Positions 27,107-32,000 of a DNA stretch of 32,000 bases are shown here, in pieces. The DNA is from an uncultured Bacilli bacterium (GTDB lineage: Bacteria; Bacillota_I; Bacilli_A; RF39; UBA660). Position numbers and translations under genes: made by a program. The notes beneath the pieces were generated by a model. That model worked only from the letters and a program-made list of their open reading frames with translations, had not been told where the DNA came from and did no database searches. The DNA lies in contig CAKOJQ010000001.1 in NCBI GenBank assembly GCA_934090795.1, positions 90,842 to 122,841 of the forward strand, read 5' to 3'. The first letter of the stretch is position 1. Each line of letters opens with the position of its first letter.

Positions 27107-28828
27107 TTAACCTATTTTATAGGGATTTGTTTTTTCACCAGTTCCACTAGCTATCAAGATATCAGATTTCAAGAAAACGGTCGGCAGAACCACGGTGGAG
27201 TTACACGCGAAGTTACTATCAACAGCACCGTCCCAACGCACAACGAACACAATATTCGAGCGTCCAGAGAAAGTCGACAATGTCCAGTACCAGCTAGACT
27301 TTTGTAACCAATTGTCTAATTTACATTTTGTATTAGTATAATCATATTGTTCTTTTGCTTTATCATACACTACTCCAGCTCTTAAATTTTCTCTACATTC
27401 ACTATTTGTTGATGCATATCCATAATCACTGGCATATATTAGTCCAACCTTACCTGTCCAATCAGTAGGGCGGCTATTTTGATAGGTGATTATTCCTCTT
27501 TCTTTATTATATTGATCTAATAGAGGCAATCCATATGGTGGAGTAGTTGGGTTACTATAACTATTTCCGCCAATGTTCCATACACTTTCACTTATCATAT
27601 TTTGATAATTACTTTTTATAACGTTTGTATAATCAAATACTCCAGTTTGACGAAATACTGGTTTCGTAGTTGTTGAATCATAATATGAATTATACCAATT
27701 ATTCTTATTTGCAGTTAAAGCTGTATTTAAATAATCTCCGTTTAATTCCTTCATTAAATCTGCTTCTGTCCAATTATTAAATCCATAATTATCATTTCCT
27801 GTTGCATCCAATGAATAATTGCCTAAAGATTCATTTCTAACTAATTTAATCTTTCTTTCAATTTTACCAGTTGAATCTTTTACATTAAAAATTCCAACTA
27901 TTCTCCATAGTTCTCCTATGTTACCAAACTCAACGTAATTTCTAGGCTCAGCACCTGTATATCTTACATTCTTATCTACAGTTGGATCTATAAACATTCC
28001 GTGTATATTGTTATTATCTAACTCCTGCACTTTACTTACATATTCTACCGCATTTATTCCTTTACTTTCAAAATTAACAATTAACTTATTTGGAATATTA
28101 TCTAAATTTGATACATTAATATCCCATTTTCCAGTTGCATAATTGCAAGTAAAACTGACATTACTATCTTTTAACTCAGTATTATTTTTATAAGCTGTTG
28201 ATGTTGCTCGGTAAAAGCAAATTGATGGTAAGTCCTGCTTTTCTACTCCATCTACATATGCTACTATATCTATATCTTTATCTAAACTTACTACATCATT
28301 TATTTGATTTACTAGTTCTAAATCATTCCATATATATCCTGCATTTAAATTAAGTTTTATATAATAATCATTATTACTTTTATTATTTGTTAATATAGTT
28401 AAAGACTTAGTCTTGTTTGTATTAATAGTTCTACTTACTTCACTAGATTCATCTTCTTTAGTTACACTTATATCACTTGGTATATTATTACTTGTCTCTG
28501 TACAATTTTGATTATTACATAATTCATATGTAAATTCATATTTAACATCTATTTTATTTAAATTAGTTAATATTATATTAAATTGTTCTATCTTACCTGC
28601 TTGTAAATGTAATATTCTATCATTTGACGTGCCACTATTTGTTGTTATATTAAATGATAAATCATTAACCTTTATATTAGCTATCTTTTTATTTTGACTT
28701 GATGTAAACATCGATAATGAATAACCTAAAGTAAATATAAATAACATTAACACTCCAATTATAGTTAATATCTTTGCTTGTTTATCTTTTTTTATTAAAT
28801 TAAAAAAATTGATAAGTTTAGTTTTCAT
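27107..28828 (-). CDS. Secreted or surface protein, paralogous in architecture to the DGR target (N-terminal anchor/signal, C-terminal WxW...LPxVFL domain)
   Basis: 573 aa with SD AGGAG 9 nt before the ATG. It has an N-terminal hydrophobic segment, and the C-terminus is ...GLIYASDYGYAS...SSWYWTLSTFSGRSNIVFVVRWDGAVDSNFACNSTVVLPTVFLKSDILIASGTGEKTNPYKIG. Confidence 0.75.
   Translation of the reverse strand: MKTKLINFFNLIKKDKQAKILTIIGVLMLFIFTLGYSLSMFTSSQNKKIANIKVNDLSFNITTNSGTSNDRILHLQAGKIEQFNIILTNLNKIDVKYEFTYELCNNQNCTETSNNIPSDISVTKEDESSEVSRTINTNKTKSLTILTNNKSNNDYYIKLNLNAGYIWNDLELVNQINDVVSLDKDIDIVAYVDGVEKQDLPSICFYRATSTAYKNNTELKDSNVSFTCNYATGKWDINVSNLDNIPNKLIVNFESKGINAVEYVSKVQELDNNNIHGMFIDPTVDKNVRYTGAEPRNYVEFGNIGELWRIVGIFNVKDSTGKIERKIKLVRNESLGNYSLDATGNDNYGFNNWTEADLMKELNGDYLNTALTANKNNWYNSYYDSTTTKPVFRQTGVFDYTNVIKSNYQNMISESVWNIGGNSYSNPTTPPYGLPLLDQYNKERGIITYQNSRPTDWTGKVGLIYASDYGYASTNSECRENLRAGVVYDKAKEQYDYTNTKCKLDNWLQKSSWYWTLSTFSGRSNIVFVVRWDGAVDSNFACNSTVVLPTVFLKSDILIASGTGEKTNPYKIG
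27173..27292 (-). other. VR-like, GC-rich patch with no cognate TR in this window
   Basis: About 51% GC by hand count, against about 25% in the surroundings. It aligns residue-for-residue in length and scaffold positions with the TR-encoded peptide (S7, V16, G20, V22, A27, P35). 16 of 19 codons at the TR Asn positions are NNY. Confidence 0.4.
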
Positions 28829-28853
28829 ATTTTTGAACTCCTATTCTTATCAA

Positions 28854-28881
28854 ATTATATTACTAAATACCCCCCCGTCAA
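28854..28881 (-). promoter_or_regulatory. Sigma-A-type promoter of the 27107-28828 gene with a G7 tract in the spacer
   Basis: In minus sense: TTGACG-GGGGGGTATTTAGTAA-TATAAT, a 16-nt spacer. The C7 run on the plus strand is at 28870-28876. The layout is homologous to the promoter at 15710-15740. Confidence 0.65.
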
Positions 28882-28917
28882 GCGAAAAAACGTTTGTTTT
28901 AAATTTTCATATACTAT

Positions 28918-30843
28918 TTATCTTTTTGTTTCAATTATATAGTCATCTTCAAGAGAAAACTCTACATTTTCGTTAATCCAGTCTTTTCTTGGTTCTACTA
29001 CATCTCCCATTAAAACAGATACTCTCTTTTCAGCAAGTAAGGCATCAGTTATATTTACTTTAATTAAGTTTCTGTTTTCAGGATCCATTGTAGTTGTCCA
29101 AAGTGGTTCAGGGTTCATTTCACCTAAACCTTTATATCTTTGAACTTTATAATTTTGTTTTCCTTTAGTTGCTTCTTTTAATTCTTCATTTGTCCAACAA
29201 TAGACATGATTTTTACCATAATCAACCTTATAAAGAGGCGGCATAGCAATATATAAATGTCCTTCTTCAATAAGTGGTTTCATAAATCTATAGAAGAAAG
29301 TTAAAAGTAAACACTGAATATGAGCACCATCATCATCGGCATCGGTCATAATTATTACTTTATCATAATTAATATCTTTAACGTCAAAATCTTGTCCGTA
29401 ACCAGCACCAATACAGTTTATCATGGTACTTATTTCTTCATTTTTAAATATTTCAGGGCCACTTGTTTTTTCAGTATTAAGTATTTTTCCTCTTAATGGT
29501 AATATTGCTTGAAATTTACGATCTCTACTTTTTTTAGCAGTACCTCCGGCTGAATTTCCCTCTACAATAAATAATTCGTTTTTCTTAGGATTTCTTGTTT
29601 GAGCGGGAGTAAGTTTACCGGATAATCTTTGAGCTTCACTCTTTTTAGTTTTGCCATTTCTTGCTTCTTCTCTTGCTTTACGAGCTGCTTCTCTAGCAAC
29701 TTTACTTTTGCTCATTTTTTCAATTATTTTTAAAGCATTTTCTTTGTTCTCTTCTAAATAATATTTAATACTTTCATAAACAATTGATTCAACTACTGGT
29801 CTTGCTTCTGGAGTTCCTAGTTTTCCTTTAGTTTGTCCTTCAAATTGAAGAAGATTTTCTGGTATTTTTAAATTAATAACGGCAGTTAATCCTTCTCTAA
29901 CATCGCTTCCTTCAAAGTTAGCTGATTTGGCTTTTAATATACCATTTGATTTAGCATAATCATTAAAGGCTTTGGTAATACCAGTTTTAAAACCTACTTC
30001 ATGAGTTCCACCATCACTTGTTTTAACATTATTAACAAATGAGATAATATTTTCATTATAAGAATCAGTATATTGCATAGCGATATCTACTTCAATAGTA
30101 TTTTTAACACCATGAATAGGAATTACTTTATGTAATACTTCTTTATCTTCATTAATATAGTCTACAAATGAGATTAAACCATTATCATAATGGTATGTTA
30201 CTCTCTTATCATCTGGAATATCTTCGATATCAATAGTTAGTTCTTTAAGTAAGAAAGCACTTTCTTGCATTCTTTCACAAATAGTTGTGTAACTAAATGT
30301 TAAATTTTTAAAGATACTTTCCATTGGTTTAAATGTTACAATTGTTCCTGTTGCTTTTGTTGTACCAATTTTCTTTAAGGGACTTGCTACTTCACCACCA
30401 TTTTTAAATTTAATTTGATTTATTTCACCATCTCTTAAAATAGTTACTTCCATATAGTCAGACAAAGCATTAACAACAGATGCACCTACTCCATGTAAAC
30501 CACCAGATACCTTATATCCATCAGTTTCAAATTTACCACCAGCATGTAAAATAGTATAAATAACTTCAGGGGTTGATTTTCCACTTGAATGCATACCAGT
30601 TGGGACACCTCTACCATTATCAGCGATAGTTATAGAATTATCTTTATTGATCTTAATACTTATTTTGTTACCATAACCATTTATTATTTCATCAATTGAG
30701 TTATCTACTATTTCCCATACCAAATGATGAAGACCTCTTTTATCAGTAGATCCTATATACATACCTGGTCTTTTTCTTACAGCTTCTAATCCTTCTAATA
30801 TTTTAATTGAATGTTCATCGTATTTATGAGCCATCATATTCAC
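28918..30843 (-). CDS. parE: DNA topoisomerase IV subunit B (type IIA topoisomerase ATPase subunit)
   Basis: GHKL ATPase and TOPRIM motifs (LEGLEAVRKRPGMYIGST, EGNSAGG, IMTDADDDGAHI, YKGLGEMN). The C-terminal LAEKRVSVLMGDVVEPRKDWINENVEF resembles B. subtilis ParE (AERRV..LMGDKVEPRRKWIEENVAF) more than GyrB. The N-terminus does not discriminate between them. Confidence 0.75.
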   Translation of the reverse strand: MNMMAHKYDEHSIKILEGLEAVRKRPGMYIGSTDKRGLHHLVWEIVDNSIDEIINGYGNKISIKINKDNSITIADNGRGVPTGMHSSGKSTPEVIYTILHAGGKFETDGYKVSGGLHGVGASVVNALSDYMEVTILRDGEINQIKFKNGGEVASPLKKIGTTKATGTIVTFKPMESIFKNLTFSYTTICERMQESAFLLKELTIDIEDIPDDKRVTYHYDNGLISFVDYINEDKEVLHKVIPIHGVKNTIEVDIAMQYTDSYNENIISFVNNVKTSDGGTHEVGFKTGITKAFNDYAKSNGILKAKSANFEGSDVREGLTAVINLKIPENLLQFEGQTKGKLGTPEARPVVESIVYESIKYYLEENKENALKIIEKMSKSKVAREAARKAREEARNGKTKKSEAQRLSGKLTPAQTRNPKKNELFIVEGNSAGGTAKKSRDRKFQAILPLRGKILNTEKTSGPEIFKNEEISTMINCIGAGYGQDFDVKDINYDKVIIMTDADDDGAHIQCLLLTFFYRFMKPLIEEGHLYIAMPPLYKVDYGKNHVYCWTNEELKEATKGKQNYKVQRYKGLGEMNPEPLWTTTMDPENRNLIKVNITDALLAEKRVSVLMGDVVEPRKDWINENVEFSLEDDYIIETKR

Positions 30844-30948
30844 ATCCTTAACAAATAGAGTATAACAAACTACTTAAAAAAAAACAAATTTTAGTGTAAG
30901 ATATTTGTCAATAATTAATAATATGATAAAATTAGTTATGGTGATCGT

Positions 30949-32000
30949 ATGAAAAATTTTATAAAAAAGAAGAAAAATTATATTTTAGCAGTTATATTAC
31001 CAATAGTTATTATGCTTATAGTTTATATTTTTAATCATATTTATCCTTTTGGAGATAATATTGTTGCTATGGGAGATGGATATAATCAGTATCCAGGAAT
31101 GCTTAATAATTTTTTAAATATTATTAAAGGAAAAGAAAACTTATTTTATTCTTTTAAAGGATTACTTGGCTTTAATACTTATGCCTCTTTAGTTTATTAT
31201 ACTTTTAATATAACTAATATATTTGGTTTGTTATTTAGTAATGTAATAAAGTTTTACAATTTTATTGTTATATTTAAAATAATGCTATGTAGTTTAACTA
31301 TGTTTATTTATTTAAATTATGTTAGAAAAAGAAAGATAAATTATTTATTTAGTATTTGTTATGCTTTATCTACTTATAATCTTTTATATTATTTTAATTA
31401 TATGTGGTTTGATAGTGTTATTATGTTTCCAATAGTTATGATAGGAATTGAAAAGATATTTAAAGAGGATTGTTATTTACTTTATGTTGTAAGTTTATCA
31501 TGCACAATTATTTTTAATTTCTATATTGGATATATGATATGTATATTTAGTGTTATGTATTTTATTTATAAAAGTATTATTAAAGGATTTAATAAATCTA
31601 GAATATTTAAATATTTATTTTATTCTTTGTTATCAGGACTTATTAGTGCGTTTGCGCTAGTTCCAGTGATGTTAGAGCTTTTAAATGGTAAAGCTGAATT
31701 AATCAGTGAATTTGCTAAAGATTATTTTAAATTTGATTTAGATGGAATAAGTACTTTTTATAAACTTTCTTTTGCTTCTTTTTCTAATGGTGATTTAGAA
31801 TATGGTACTCCAAATGTTTATGTTAGTATGTTTATTTACATTAATGCATTATTATATTTCTTTAATTCAAGAATTAAATTAAAGGAAAGATTAGCATCAC
31901 TTGGTGTTTGTTTATTCTTTTTACTATCAGTTAGTTTTAATTTACTTGATTATTTTTGGCATATGATGTCAATGCCAATATTCTACCCTGTTAGATATTC
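30949..32000 (+). CDS. YfhO-family membrane protein, 3' end cut by the window edge
   Basis: My translation from the ATG at 30949 gives MKNFIKKKKNYILAVILPIVIMLIVYIFNHIYPFGDNIVAMGDGYNQYPGMLNNF... The product is multi-pass and hydrophobic, and the frame is open to the window end. The YPFGDN...D...QY start is typical of YfhO. Confidence 0.7.
   Translation, partial: MKNFIKKKKNYILAVILPIVIMLIVYIFNHIYPFGDNIVAMGDGYNQYPGMLNNFLNIIKGKENLFYSFKGLLGFNTYASLVYYTFNITNIFGLLFSNVIKFYNFIVIFKIMLCSLTMFIYLNYVRKRKINYLFSICYALSTYNLLYYFNYMWFDSVIMFPIVMIGIEKIFKEDCYLLYVVSLSCTIIFNFYIGYMICIFSVMYFIYKSIIKGFNKSRIFKYLFYSLLSGLISAFALVPVMLELLNGKAELISEFAKDYFKFDLDGISTFYKLSFASFSNGDLEYGTPNVYVSMFIYINALLYFFNSRIKLKERLASLGVCLFFLLSVSFNLLDYFWHMMSMPIFYPVRY

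Noticed and set aside
27173-27292. The GC-rich patch in the paralog as a second active VR served by the TR at 12813-12928
   Set aside because: A codon-by-codon comparison shows many differences at non-adenine TR positions (for example CTT CGC GCG GCT versus ACA TTG TCG ACT). It cannot be a product of this TR. It is kept only as an orphan or relic VR hypothesis.
28918-30843. Calling the type IIA topoisomerase B subunit gyrB
   Set aside because: The N-terminus matches both GyrB and ParE. The C-terminal tail (LAEKRVSVLMGD..EPRKDWINENVEF plus a short acidic extension) matches my memory of Firmicute ParE rather than the GyrB ...NFIE.NA...LDI ending. No parC or gyrA is adjacent, so the call stays moderate in confidence.
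1-32000. CRISPR arrays, rRNA genes, transposases or IS elements
   Set aside because: I found no regularly spaced direct repeats, no rRNA-like conserved stretches, and no transposase or integrase-like ORFs on either strand.

Overview
This is an AT-rich chromosomal window (about a quarter GC by eye) from a low-GC Firmicutes-type organism, probably Erysipelotrichia/Bacilli-like. It uses the standard genetic code: TGA ends infB and the 835-1146 ORF. Almost all genes are on the minus strand.

Housekeeping backbone:
- rimP-nusA-ylxR-infB-rbfA-truB
- dnaG-rpoD-trmK
- clpP, parE, tRNA-Thr
- an LCP protein, an NlpC/P60 hydrolase and a partial YfhO-like gene

Accessory island between the rimP operon and clpP (about 10.4-18 kb):
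- a dinJ/yafQ toxin-antitoxin pair
- a complete diversity-generating retroelement (DGR)
- a decayed acyltransferase gene
- an orphan gene

The DGR is the main result:
- A reverse transcriptase (11467-12555) sits next to a 116-nt Asn-codon-rich template repeat (TR, 12813-12928).
- The TR matches a 116-nt variable repeat (VR, 14286-14401) at the 3' end of a secreted-protein gene.
- TR and VR differ at 24 positions. Every difference is at a template adenine.

Unusual features layered on the DGR:
- Two divergent tandem 180-aa paralogs occupy the position where a single Avd gene is expected.
- Identical 17-nt direct repeats bracket the TR.
- A terminator-like hairpin lies between the spacer and the RT start.
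- The DGR target promoter has a G8 tract in its -35/-10 spacer, and a paralogous surface-protein gene at 27107-28828 has a G7 tract at the same place. This suggests slipped-strand phase variation acting together with DGR diversification.
- The paralog at 27107-28828 carries a roughly 50% GC, VR-like patch at the same structural position. That patch does not match this TR, so it is an orphan or relic VR.

All calls come from reading the sequence by eye. No database searches were run.
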